Assembly: GCA_043228905.1 (NCBI GenBank)
Contig: JBHGNT010000016.1
Location: 7,192,001-7,256,000, forward strand
DNA length: 64,000 nt
From: Azolla caroliniana
Lineage: Eukaryota; Plantae; Polypodiophyta
Direction of reading: 5' to 3'
Shown here: piece by piece, positions 1 to 12,131 of the stretch
Layout: each line of letters starts with the position of its first letter
Numbering within the stretch: the stretch's first letter is position 1
Translations under genes and position numbers: made by a program
Notes under the pieces: generated by a model
The model's database searches: none
Told to the model about the DNA's origin: nothing
The model's input: only the letters and a program-made list of their open reading frames with translations

Positions 1-2
1 AT

Positions 3-3000
3 AGAGCTTCGTTACCTCCATTAGAAGCAGACACAAGACTTATTGCAAAAGCAAAGAGAATATTTGAGAAGCATGTGCTATGCTTGCCAAACAGAAACAT
101 GATGATGCTTGAAGACCATCAGATCAACAGTGGATTTCCTGTGCAGATGGACCCTAGTAGAACAGAAATGCTTTTTAAGAGGAAGATCTTCATTGAAGAT
201 TTAAGCGTACTTCCTGAAGATGTACAAAAAGCAGTAGAAAACTTTGACTATGTACAGGTCAGTATTAAACATTTCCAACAGGATGGAAAATTTGAAGGCA
301 GCAATCCATTGTGTAATAATGTGTGCTTATCAAAATGCATAATACACAAGGAATGATGCTAAGATATTGTTGTAATTTCACCAGATGCATTTTCTTTTTA
401 ATTTCATTTCCATTGTTTATGGATACACCTCTGTTTGATATGTTTTCTCAATGTTAGTAGTGTGATTAGGTAGATGATCTCTTTGATTCAGTTAGAGATT
501 GAAATTGGGAAATATGCTCACAAAGCTATGTAGGAGAAGTTTGGCTAATTGAGCCATCCAGAGTATGAAGTAGGGGAGATACTATTGCATAGAGGAATAT
601 GAAGACCAATGATGCTTGCATGTTCTCATGGAAATCAAGATACATAGAAGTTGCTGAAAGGGAATATTGTGGTTACAAAAAGCACATCAACAAGGAACCC
701 TCACACACCTTTTTCAGTATCATAGTATCTGTATATCCTCAGCCAAATGTTTTTTGCTGGCTGTTTTTCACTTAGATCTTTGCCACAGTTCATTTTTAGT
801 GTTTAGATCTATACTAAAGGCAGGTTCTAAGGTTTCAGAACGTACTGTAAATTGTTTTGAGGGATTAGACCATAGTGTTATAATGTATTATGTGTGATCT
901 GTTATTCAGATCATTTTGCCATTGGCTGCCTCAAAATTACATACGGTTGTGAGTCCACTGGAACTTCAAAAAATGAATGCTGCCATCATTTATCTTGTCT
1001 TAATGAGGATTAGCTTCAAAATACCCAAATTATCTACTTCAATTTATCACTCTCAGAACTATACCGAAGTTCATATAGAATACAGTTTGAAATTAATAGT
1101 TGTCTGAATTACAATCTCTAGATTCATTCCTGCATAGTATATTATTGTCAATCAGGTAAGACCTTATGCTTTTAATCGGGAGTTTTGACAACAATTTTTT
1201 CTTTGCTTCAATACACACTGTGTCATACTCATAATATAGCTGTACTTGAATGACTTTAGCTTGCTTCAGACAGTTAGAGATGTTGTATATGGTGTATATC
1301 CTCTTGAAGAACACGATGCGGTGATGCTTGGTGCCTTACAACTTCGAGCTGATTCAGGATTCTTTAAAAATTTAGATGATGCACTCACGTAAGTGGATTA
1401 GGTCTCATTAACTAATAATGGTTGTAACTTAACAAAGTTTTTTTTGTGGTATAAAGTTGCAATGAATTTCTTAGTTACAGAACAAATAGGACAGAGAGAA
1501 GCCAGGGGAAGTCCTTTGATAGGGAGGCTCTTTGTAACTCATATTGAACTCTAGATAGAATTTTTTGGCGAATATATTATTATTATTATGAACCTCTTCC
1601 CATCAGTTAGAGATTAAGATAGGTGGATATACATCCACACCGCTAAACAAAAGGGTTTGTCAATTGTGTCATCGGGGAGTAGAATCTGAAAAACAAGCTT
1701 TTTTTATCGAAATAAGATGGAGATACTATTGCCTCTTTGGCCAAGGCTTTGGCCCACTATCCAAAGTAATGGAATATGAGGACCAATGGTGCTTGGGGCT
1801 TTTCTTGCTAGAACTCAATAGACATGAGGCAGAAGCTGGTGGACGACAATACAATCACACAAGCTCTTCAACAAAGAACAATCATAACTTTCTTGATCCT
1901 CGTCATTCCTACTCATGAGGGAGAAGTTGTTGGACAACAATACAATAACACAAGCTCATCAACAAAGAACAATCAAAACTTTCTTTATCCTCGTCATTCC
2001 TACTCATGCTACAAGTCAATCAAGGGCTACTCAAATGGTCTCTTGACCAAGACATTGCAAAGGGGTTACAATTGATTGGGCAATAACAATTTTCCGTGCA
2101 CATAGGCCTGACCTCATGAACCACGATCTCACCACCCTTGTCATTGACAGATAAAGGCCATTATCTCCTGCCATAGCAAGTGCTTCCCTCATTTTGGAGA
2201 CCTCTCCATTCTGGATTGACCTATGCTAGAGATTTTTCGAAAACAAAAATTTCAATATATGTGACTTGAGAATCTTACATGTACCAATTACAAGATTCTT
2301 TCTTTAGTCTTGTTTTATCTTATCTACTTTTTTTTTGTTACTTAGTAACATTTATTTTGATTTGTTGTTCTCAAAGACAAGATAGCACTTGGATGTAATA
2401 TCTTATTTGGTCTTATAGGTCATTTTGCCAATCCTCAAGAGTGGAGGCCCCATGATGCTGAGCAACTATAGGACAATCATGATTGGTCATTACTTGGCTG
2501 AACAATATGGCTATATCCTACAGTGAGGATTGAGTATATGGGCAGAGCGTAATGGCTGCCGTTCTGCTGGACAAACAGGTTTTCAGAAGGGGTTTCACAA
2601 CCCAAGCCGTTATCGAGGATAGAGACCATAATAAGAGGATTTATTGCTACTTTGTGGATTTCCGAAAAGCTTTTGACATTAGGTCGCGTGCCTGACTTAT
2701 GCAATGGCTAGAAGCCCGTGGTGTCCCTGTAGGTATGCAATGAGGAATCTATGCACTGTATGAATCAGTGTCAGGAAAATTGTGGTCTCCCAATGGTTTG
2801 TCAAAGGCTGTAGCAAACAGAATTGGAGTAAAATAATGATGCCCACTATCACCCTCTCTATTCAGTCTCTATATAGATGAGGTATGACATCAGATAGAGA
2901 GATTCAGAGGTTCGGTAGCATGCCTAGCTGTATAGCCATACAAATATTACTAAATGCTGATTTATGACTCTTGGGAGGGACTACAAAGATATGTAAACAC

Positions 3001-6000
3001 CTTAAAATTATTTTATATGAACGAAGTTTTGTTGATAAACATGGATAAAACTAAAGTGATGGTGTTGAACAACACTCAAGCGTGCGTAACAAGATCAGAA
3101 CTAGAATTATTCTTGGGAAATGAAGAGGTGAGACAATGTGCACATTTGCAGTTCCAAGAGCCACAAACTAAACAGTGGCTATCTGATACCCTTGTCACAC
3201 CAATTCATCTCTATGGAATAGAAATATGGGAACTTAACAAAGGCAAACAACTGGAAAGATTTAGAGAGACCTTTAGTCTCAGTGATTGCTAGCATGATAA
3301 AGAGCAAATCATCACTGCCCCATGATATATTCCAGGCAGAGATGGGTGAAGCCACTATAATCATCAAGGCATTATTTTGATAAGTGACATGTATTCAACA
3401 ACTTTGGGAGCTCCCTAAACAAAGGTACTCAAGGTTGGGACTTATGTCATTAAAACAACTTGTTGAACATGGAGATGCTCATTGTTGGTATGCTGAAATG
3501 TGACAATGGTTCAAGTCACATGGCATAAGCGTAAATGCACTCCTCTTGTTCCAATATAGCTTGGATTGTCCCCATCTAAACATGATCAAAGTGGAGAAGT
3601 ATAGAGTGATCTGAACTGATATTATTAACTTGGAAAATGCATGGATCATCCCCAAAATATCACTTGGTAGGAAGATGGTCCACTATAAGAAACTTTTACA
3701 CACATGGGAGGATGGATTCATCATCAGGCCATCTTATGTGAACACACATCTATCCTATGTGCTGCAGTGTGATAGGGCAGTAGCGAACTTCATCACACCA
3801 GTTAGAGATTGAGGTAGGTAGATATGCGCGAATACCTCTAGAAGAAAGAATTTGCCAATTGCGTCATCAAGGAGTGGAATTTGAAGAACACTATGTTTGT
3901 CACTGTAGTGTTTTTTATGAAATAAGAGGGAGATACCATTGCCTCTTTAAACAAGGCTTTGGCCTACTACCCAAGGTAATGGAATATGTGGACCAACAAT
4001 GCAACTTTATAGCCACACAAGCTCATCAACAAAGAACAATCACAACTTTATTTAGTCCCATCACTCTCACTCATGCTACAAGTCAATCTAGGGCTATAAA
4101 AGTGGGCTTCCAACCAAGACATAACAAAGGTGTTACAATAAACGGGTCAATAGAAATTTGTTGTGCACTTAGGTCCCAGCTCATGGACCACGATCTCACC
4201 ACCCTTGTCATTGGCAGACAAAGGTCATTGTCTCCCACCATTGAAAGTGCTTCCCTCGTTCGGAGACCTCTCCATTCTGGATCTCTCTATGCTAGAGATC
4301 TTTTGAAGACAAAAATTACAATATATCTGACAGATCCGATAACAAGATTCTTTAGTCTCTTTTCATGTAATTTACTGTTTTTACATAGTAGCATTTATTT
4401 ATTTTTGATTTGTTGTTCCCAAAGATGACACTTATCTTATTTACTGTTTTTATCTTAGTGACATTTACGATGTAAGCTGTTGTTTGGTCTTATAGGCCAT
4501 TTTGGCCTCTCTTAAAAGAGGTAGGCTTCCTCTTCCAAGGGTGTTGAGGTTGTAGTCAAAGGGGTAACAATAGATCAGGCAATAGTAAGTTGTTGTGCAT
4601 GTAGGCTTCAGCCCCGGCCCCATTGACTACAACCTCAACACCCTTGGAAGAGGAAGAGAAAAGAATACTTCAATATACTATTAGGAAAACAATACCATCT
4701 TCTTAAACTCTAAAATAATAACCCGAAATAACTAATTTAACCTCAATGACACTGGTTGAAAATAGTCTTTCCGTCTTCACGCTTTCTTCTACTAAGCTTC
4801 TTCTCACTTCTTCTAATCTTCTTATTCGTCCTTCCTCCCAATTGCAAAGAATACCATCCAATTTATAGGTTTTTAGTTGCGTTATTCTTTCATTTTTCTT
4901 TTCTTTTCTTTTTACATATCCTCGAGTTTATGTGAGGCGTTTTTTTATATCATTATTTCTGCTTTGTCATCCCAAATTTATCATACAAGAAAGCTCTCTT
5001 TGTCAGCTTTCTTACTAATCTTTTCTTTTGAAATTTGGATATGAGATGAAGAAGTTATGACCTTCAAGTTCCTTCCTCCATTAATACTTGATCATTTCAT
5101 ATTGTCCTTTGTTAGACCTCTTAGCATCCAACATGTTTGCAACAGTCTTTTCTTATGAACAAAGACTGAATTCACAGTATCCAATCACATCCCACTAGTC
5201 CAATGAGCCTTGGCTCTCAGAGAGCATTAACACTTTTTCGTACTCACTCACACAAGCTAGTTGTTGAGGTGGCAACATAGCATTATCACCCAAATATGAA
5301 GACGTGCAAGGAAGAAAACCTAGTGAGGATGAATATCACTTATCACATGCTCAGTGTATAAGGTAATTCGCGAGAAGGTATGATAATGTAAGTGTCATAC
5401 TCAAATGTCCACCAAGAAAGGTGAGCCTATGAGTGCTAGCATTATTTTCATATCGTGTTTTTACTAGAGTAGGAACCCTCGCAACAAGATGATATGTTGA
5501 TTTGGTTCCATAGGTCAGAGTGGCCTACTCATGGCAATAAAACATCTATTTGTTCTGCTCTATTGCTCTCTTGGTGAAAGTAAAGCTAAAATGGTGGTAT
5601 TATTGATTACTGCTCTTTTTATGCTCTACAATCTAGTTCAGGTTCTATCTTTTTATTAAGGGATTCATTGTATTTATTTTTGCATGAGTGTGTCAGCTGC
5701 TAATGATTTTACTTGGCTAGGGTCTCGACACAAGGGAAAAGGGTATGAGGAATCATGGCACTTATATGGAATGATATCTATAGCTCATATTGTTGTAAAC
5801 CAATTGTCTCATGGGCCAAATTTGGCCTTAGAAGACGTTAATATATCTTTCTTTCTTTTCTTTCTTTCTTTCATCACAACTTATGTTGGGAGGCAACTAA
5901 CTGAATGGACTTTTTTCATGAATGATGAATATATGTTTCAAATAGGGATGAGATTATTCGAAAATTTGGACCAAAAATCTATGTAGAAGGAAGTGAAAGA

Positions 6001-9000
6001 GAATGGAAAACTGCATTGGTAAGAACTGCTGCAGCGCTGCCTCCTGAAGCTGATATGTCTAACTGCATCAGTGACTACATAGATTTCTTACGAAGCCGCT
6101 GTAGCCTCTATGGATCAAGTTGGTATTATGTACAGGTATGTTGATTATCTATTTACTTATCCATTATGACTAAGGCTAGATGACAAATGTTAGGGATTTT
6201 GTGCAGCAAAAGGCTGATCCAAGGCTACCACATGAGATGTTTGTTTGCATCAACACTGCAGGTGTCTACTTTGTGAAAGTTAAGACAAAGGTTAGGCTTA
6301 TTTACCTTTTCGCAACTAAGAAAGAAAGATATAAGAGGCTATAAGACCAAACAAGAGATTACATCTTAAAATGTTGTCTCATCTTTGAGAACAGCAAACA
6401 TAACTCAGTAAAAAGAGTAGATTGAAATAGAATTAAGACGTGGCTAAGCAAAAAAGTAAATGGAAATAGAATTAAGACATGACTAAAGAATCTTGTCATC
6501 TATACATGTAAGATTCAGTATATTGTACTTTTTGGCCTTCAAAGGATCACTAACATAGGTCAATCCAGAATGGAGAGGTCTCTGAAGTGAGGAAAGCACC
6601 TAACAGAAAATATATGTTTGGGGTGATAGATTAAGTATCAGGATCTCAATGAATTATAGGCATAGCTATTCATACACATATGTGCTTGTTGCTTATTTTC
6701 ACGCTGCATAAGAATTGGGTAAAACCTATTCTTTGTTTAATCATTCATGTTCCAATTGTACCTTTTTTTGCTCTTTTTTTACCAATTTTCACACAGTTTG
6801 CTCTTTTTTTGTTGGAAACAAAGATTAATAGTTGGACAAATATTTACAATCATTTATAAACTACTTAGGCTCCTATTATGTGACGAATCCTGTGGTATGA
6901 ATTTCTGGTTGGGAAGAACCTCTAGCACAGAAATGTATATTTTGCTTCTAGAATTGTGCTACAGATGAAAATACTGAGCCGTGGTTTAAACGGCGATAAA
7001 GTGAAAATTGTTAAGCCAATAAAGGCTCAAACTGAACTAAACCAAACCCTTGAAATTCCAAGCCCAGGAAATCATTTACAAATTTCTAAAACTTACCAAA
7101 TCGAACCAAACCAGTTGAGCCATTAAGTCACGATTTCACGGTTCAGCTTTGCTAAAACTAAAAGTTGTTGATTCCCATGAACAAGACCCAATTAATGCAG
7201 CTGCCCTTGTTCATACTGCATTGTTAGTTAGCTCCGTCACTTTCTCATTTGCTCTATTTCTCAGAATGATTACTTCTACTGAAGCCTCAGAATCACTTTG
7301 CCAAGCTGCAAGGAATAGACTCCAGAAGGTTTTTAAAAAATGTTAGGGAACTGAGCTGTGAAAGGATGTTGAAGACCTCATTGCCAAATTCTTATTTTTC
7401 ACCTTCTTCGTTTAAAAAGAGATTGTATAAAGGTTATTTGTTTGATCTGCGCAATAAATTTTAGTTGTTTTATGTAGTGGTATAAATTGAGTCATAATTA
7501 TACATAACAATAAAGTTCTTGTTTTCTCTTACAGGAACAACTTCTGCATATGCAATTTACGGAGATTTGTAGCTGGGGTTATTCTGTATTTTCATTTTCA
7601 CTAGTAACTGGAAACATGTAAGGACAACAGAACGTGCTGATATTATAGTACATAAGGAAATATCCTCCAAAATCTCTGGTTGCATTCACATTGATGAGTG
7701 AATATAGCCATCTTTATATTACAACATTACTTAATGGGAACGTGGACAACCAATTCTATTAGTAAAAGACAACTTTCACTTCTAGGAAAGTTCATTGAAA
7801 CTCATCCATATTTTGAAAAGTCCAATCAATTTGAAAAGTAAATCTATATTTGAAGAAACTCAGCTCCTATTCATAACTTTCGCATATTCTCTTAGGATGA
7901 GTCAATATTGTCAATTCATGATGTGAGAAATAATGAATTAAAGCAAATTCTTAAAAGATTTATCCAAGCATCATGATTTCAAGATTTTTGAGGTTTTGTG
8001 TTGAATTGTGTGTGCACATCTATCAAAAAGTTTACTGATTTTGTCTTTGTATTCTCAGGACATATAGTCATGACCACCGATTGATAACAACACAGGTAGA
8101 TATTGTGTTTGCAAAAATACAAATCAAAAACATATTATTACTTCATATAAGTGAAATGGTTGATAGTTATTATAACAACATGAATCATCTGGAAAAACTA
8201 ACATCGAAAGAGAATAACCAAAAGAGAAAGAAAGAAGAAAGTTATATTAATGTCTTTTAAGAAGCCAAGCTACCTCCATGTTATTATGAAACAAGTTGTT
8301 TTAATGACATATATGCCAGTCTGAACTCCCAATTACATTGAATTATGTCATGGGAAATAAGGTTTCTCCACATCTTTCTAGCTATGTGCCTATTAAGGCT
8401 CTGTAGAGAAGAGTTGGTGCTACAATTGTATCAAACCACCACAATTTAGTTTGTGGTCTTGGAACTAGGTATGCGTACATTGTCTTTCAAGGCCCCAAGG
8501 GCTCCATATCCATGAGAAAGTTAAGACAGGCACCCTGCCATAGGAAGAACTCTGGCCCCTATGAATTTTACTTCTACATATTTGTAGGATCATGTGTAAG
8601 GCCACTTTTTCCTGTCCAAAGAAGAATCCCAGTTCTGATCTTGTTACTCATACTTGATTGATGTTAAACACAATCACTTTAGTTTTATTGAGATTGACTG
8701 TCAAATGTCTTTCGTGAGAAAATGTAACATCTATTGAAGAGAGGCCAAAATGGCCCATGAGAGAGATGCCCTTTGAACATTACTTGGGATTGGCATGTCC
8801 CACTACTTCCCATCCTTCTTTCTGGGGTTTTCCATGGTATTAGATGCTCCATTGTGGGATAGCAAAGCTTAACCTATGGATTATGCAGCCAGAACCTTCA
8901 TAGAACAAGCATCAGGGAAACAAAGATCAATGCACCAAAGGTAACTCAGCAAAGAGAAGGAATAATGTAATCAAAGAATCGCTTTCAGCAGAAATTAGGG

Positions 9001-9530
9001 ACATGGCATTACAGGAAATGACATTAACACAGAAATGGGAAAGTTGTATTTGTGTCTTCCTTCTTTTATTGGATTCCTTAATCAAGCATAGGTCTATGAG
9101 ATCTACAAAGATTACAACTGCTCACATTAATTGTCAGTGAGAGATGAAAATGTTATATGTTATAATATTAATCAAGCATTTAAACAAGGAAAGACTATGC
9201 CTAATTAAGTATCTAAGCCTACAGAATCGGATCAACCATGAATCCTCAACTCAGTAGCTCTCTCTGTAAGATTATCTTATGGAATGGAGCACTGCTTAGA
9301 TATTGACCCCTATGTAAGACTGGATCGCATATATTACATCCTACCAATAATCCATCTCATCTTTATATAATAGAATTATTGGTGCTTGAGAATGAATGCA
9401 TAAGCTTATTATCAATTTATCTATGTTAATATCAAGTCATGTTGAACTCAAATACGAAATGCCTTCCTTGTCTCAGGGTGCAGAAATAGGAGAAACATTG
9501 CAGATGTACATAAATAGGCTACAATTTTGA
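3..9530 (+). CDS. 3' part of a multi-exon gene encoding a C-terminal FERM domain (MyTH4-FERM myosin-tail/KCBP-like FERM); 5' end lies outside the window
   Basis: Phase-consistent GT-AG exons: <=5..257, 1270..1388, 5946..6135, 6207..6290, 7535..7617, 8059..8095, 9477..9530 (TGA). Joined protein: ...MLFKRKIFIEDLSVLPEDVQKAVENFDYVQ|TVRDVVYGVYPLEEHDAVMLGALQLRADSG...LT|DEIIRKFGPKIYVEGSEREWKTALVR...DYIDFLRSRCSLYGSSWYYVQ|QKADPRLPHEMFVCINTAGVYFVKVKTK|EQLLHMQFTEICSWGYSVFSFSLVTGNM|TYSHDHRLITTQ|GAEIGETLQMYINRLQF*. Matches FERM F2 (YVQxxxDxxxGxYP...A.LxALQ) and F3 (YG.xxF.V, lGIN..GV.F, I..WG, T.QG.EI...LQ.YI) motifs. Confidence 0.85.
485..720 (+). mobile_element. LINE 3'-end fragment in intron 1 of the FERM gene
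   Basis: Similar to 1600-1880 and 3795-4050 (cagttagagattga..., gggagatactattg, ggaatatg..gaccaatg, cacatcaacaaggaac). Confidence 0.6.
1598..2460 (+). mobile_element. 5'-truncated LINE copy (C-terminal zinc-finger region plus 3' tail) with an internal 91-bp tandem duplication
   Basis: Collinear with 3795-4500 (HQLEI.IG.Y...CQLCHRGVESE...EIRWRYYCLF.QGFG). The duplication unit starts at 1823 and 1914. Confidence 0.75.
2490..4510 (+). mobile_element. Degenerate non-LTR retrotransposon (LINE; RT plus CCHC-like C-terminus, RTE-X/CR1-like by motif style)
   Basis: Broken RT motifs CYFVDFRKAFD (~2645-2680) and GVK**CPLSPSLFSLYIDE (~2825-2882); C-terminal GRYARIPLEERICQLRHQGVEFEEHYVCHC (~3815-3905); multiple stops and frameshifts. 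Confidence 0.8.
4526..4656. repeat. Perfect 34-bp inverted repeat (hairpin)
   Basis: cttcctcttccaagggtgttgaggttgtagtcaa (4526-4559) is the exact reverse complement of 4623-4656. Confidence 0.95.
6335..6600 (-). mobile_element. Antisense copy of the LINE 3' tail in intron 4 of the FERM gene
   Basis: ggtcaatccagaatggagaggtctc is the reverse complement of gagacctctccattctggattgacc (~2197-2221); ctataagaccaaa vs tttggtcttatag (~2407). Confidence 0.75.
6978..7148. repeat. AACCG/CGGTT-rich MITE-like fragment
   Basis: Clustered aaccaaacc/cgaacc/cggttc motifs, like 13832-13948, 26710-27151 and 37427-37682. Confidence 0.45.
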
Positions 9531-11780
9531 TATGGCCTACAATATTAGCATAATCCTCTCCAATTTTGATAATGCAAGTTTGGTTTCAGGTTTGTTGTAA
9601 AACATGGCATCGATTGTGGTTCCACATATGTCCATGAAACAGGATTCTTTTGAATACTTGTTTACCTCGAAATGTAGCCTATTTTTATGTATTGAAGGTC
9701 TTTATTCTTGGTTATTTTTACATCAAAATATAAAAAGCTTTAACACCATTACTTGTTTTCTTTTACATGCGAACTAAATTCATTCAGTTTAAGCAAAGCA
9801 AGCTTTACTGATGTTTGAGAACACCGTTGCCTGTTCTTCCTGTAATACATGCGAGTCAGATTAATTTCAATCTAGCCAAAGTTTAAGAAATGAATATATG
9901 AATTGGTGATGCTTGATAACACCATTGCACATCATATTTGTTTAAGTGTATATGTTGGATTGGGTTTTCAATGTGCATTTTCTAAGGCGCTCCGGTAGTT
10001 AATTCATTATATTTTTATTTCTATTGGAAACCTCTGAATGTGAAGCGGAAATTACAATGGATGCAAGGTAGCAATGATATCCAAGATGGTGAAATTTAAT
10101 GCCTAGCACACTCACATTGTTGCTACTTATACAGATTGTTATGGAAAATTAGAGATTCGATCTTATTTTTTAATCTGATTCGAAGATGATCCACAAAATG
10201 TAAGGAATTAAGTGGAGCTCTCTTATTTTTGGATGAAGACATTGAATACCATGGAATCATACAGAAGTATTTGCTCTTTCTCAATCATCACATCTTGATC
10301 ATGAATAAGTTCTAATTACAAGGAAATTTGGTCATCAGCAAATTGTAGGTCTCTTATGAACATGTGCTCTGGATTGTGGAGCTTGAAAATCCAAGGTTAC
10401 CCACTGCACAAATGAGATGAGTATAACAAGTGCTATGGTGTCAAAGCATTGTCGTTGCACATCACTCAGGAAATTCAAATATAGAGTGTTTGCATTTCCC
10501 TGTTGTGGATCATTGACTAGTGCATAAAATTGTTATTGGCAGGAAAACTAGGGTATCTGGCTTTTGTTCGATGAAAATGAAAAACTGATCCATTATGGAT
10601 TCATGACTTGAGATTATTAAATCTAATGTTTTATGTACAAAACCTTAATGTTTTTAGTTGGATATCACACATTAAATTAAGGGTTTAAAACAATACAATT
10701 GCCTTTTTAAAGTAGTGTAAGGTATGTGATGTAAGCATTGAGGTAGGTGGGCTATAACACTGTAGCACGCATCATAGTTTCTTCACCTTTTAAATGTTTT
10801 GAGACTGTTGCTTCCAGAACCGTAAGTCTTCACAAACACCAAAGAAAGTACTCTTAAAATAGATACAATGGGTACCAACAGTACTCATACTTATGAGATG
10901 AGCCTTATTGTTGATTGAACTGTGGCAACTTTATGAGAATGAATATATATTCCAATGTCATTTCACTGTGGATAAACTCAATTGGGCAGTGTGGGAAGAA
11001 TGTGTAAGGAAACTTTACTGCATATAGATGAAGCACAATTGAGAAGAGAATTGCAAAATACTCATTTATAATGAATGTAACATGTTAGTATCTGCTGGAA
11101 CAAGCGAGACCTCATATTTGCAGTAATCGTGCTGTGTTGCTAGCGAGTAGCATCACCCATGTTTTTATTCTTGATGCTCCTAGCATACTTGTTAATCACA
11201 TAATATGTGGAATTGATAAATATAAAATGACCATTTTTTCTGAAATTTTTTAATGGAATCTTATAGCACAAATGTTCGTCCATTCCTTCAATGGATAATA
11301 TTTAACCCATCTCTCTGGCTGTACGCTTAGTGGTTTACACTGCAGCATCAAAGTCATAATTTTGAGAGACCCCAATGTTTGATCCTCGCCACCATGGGCT
11401 AGGACCCCATCCCATAGATTATAATTGGTCTCCTATGAACATTATAAAGATATCTATCTATCTATGAACCCATTGTGCCATAAAGCAACAGCAGTGTTTC
11501 TACATGTGTATGATTTTTGTTTCACTCCAAACAAATGCTTGAGAATTCTATACATTGTTAGTACCCAATTTCTCCATTTGGTAGCATATAATATATATAT
11601 ATATATATATGCATAAACACAATTCGTTGCCAATATTCCAATCTTCACCATGTTAAGAGGCAATTTTCTTGCCTTTATGCTTGGTTTCTTCTATCCAATA
11701 CATCACTTCACTGGCAGTTCTCTCACCATACTTGTATGTGGACTTGATATATAACTTTCTGCCCTTTTATACTTGTTCCC

Positions 11781-12131
11781 ACCTTAGCATTCCATTTCCA
11801 ATTTTCTGGCTTTCGATGCTTCATTCCTCACTCTCATTGCCTTGATCTTCATAGCAACCTTCAGCATATTAGCATCCACATACATATTTGCCATACTTGT
11901 TTCCACCTTAGCACTCCATTTCCAATTTTCTGGCTTTCCATGCTTCATTCCTCATTCGCATTGCCTTGATCTTCATAGCATCCTTCCGCATATTAGCATC
12001 CACGTACATATTTCCCAACCTTAGCACTCCATTTCCAATTTTCTGGCTTTCCATGCTTCATTCCTCACTCTCATTGCCTCAATCTTCATCGCATCCTTCT
12101 GCATATTAGCATCCACATACATATTTGCCAT
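11781..12131 (-). repeat. Three tandem copies of the PPR gene 3' end, including the stop codon
   Basis: Units begin accttagca(c/t)tccatttccaattttctggcttt at 11781, 11905 and 12018 (periods 124 and 113 bp). Confidence 0.9.
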
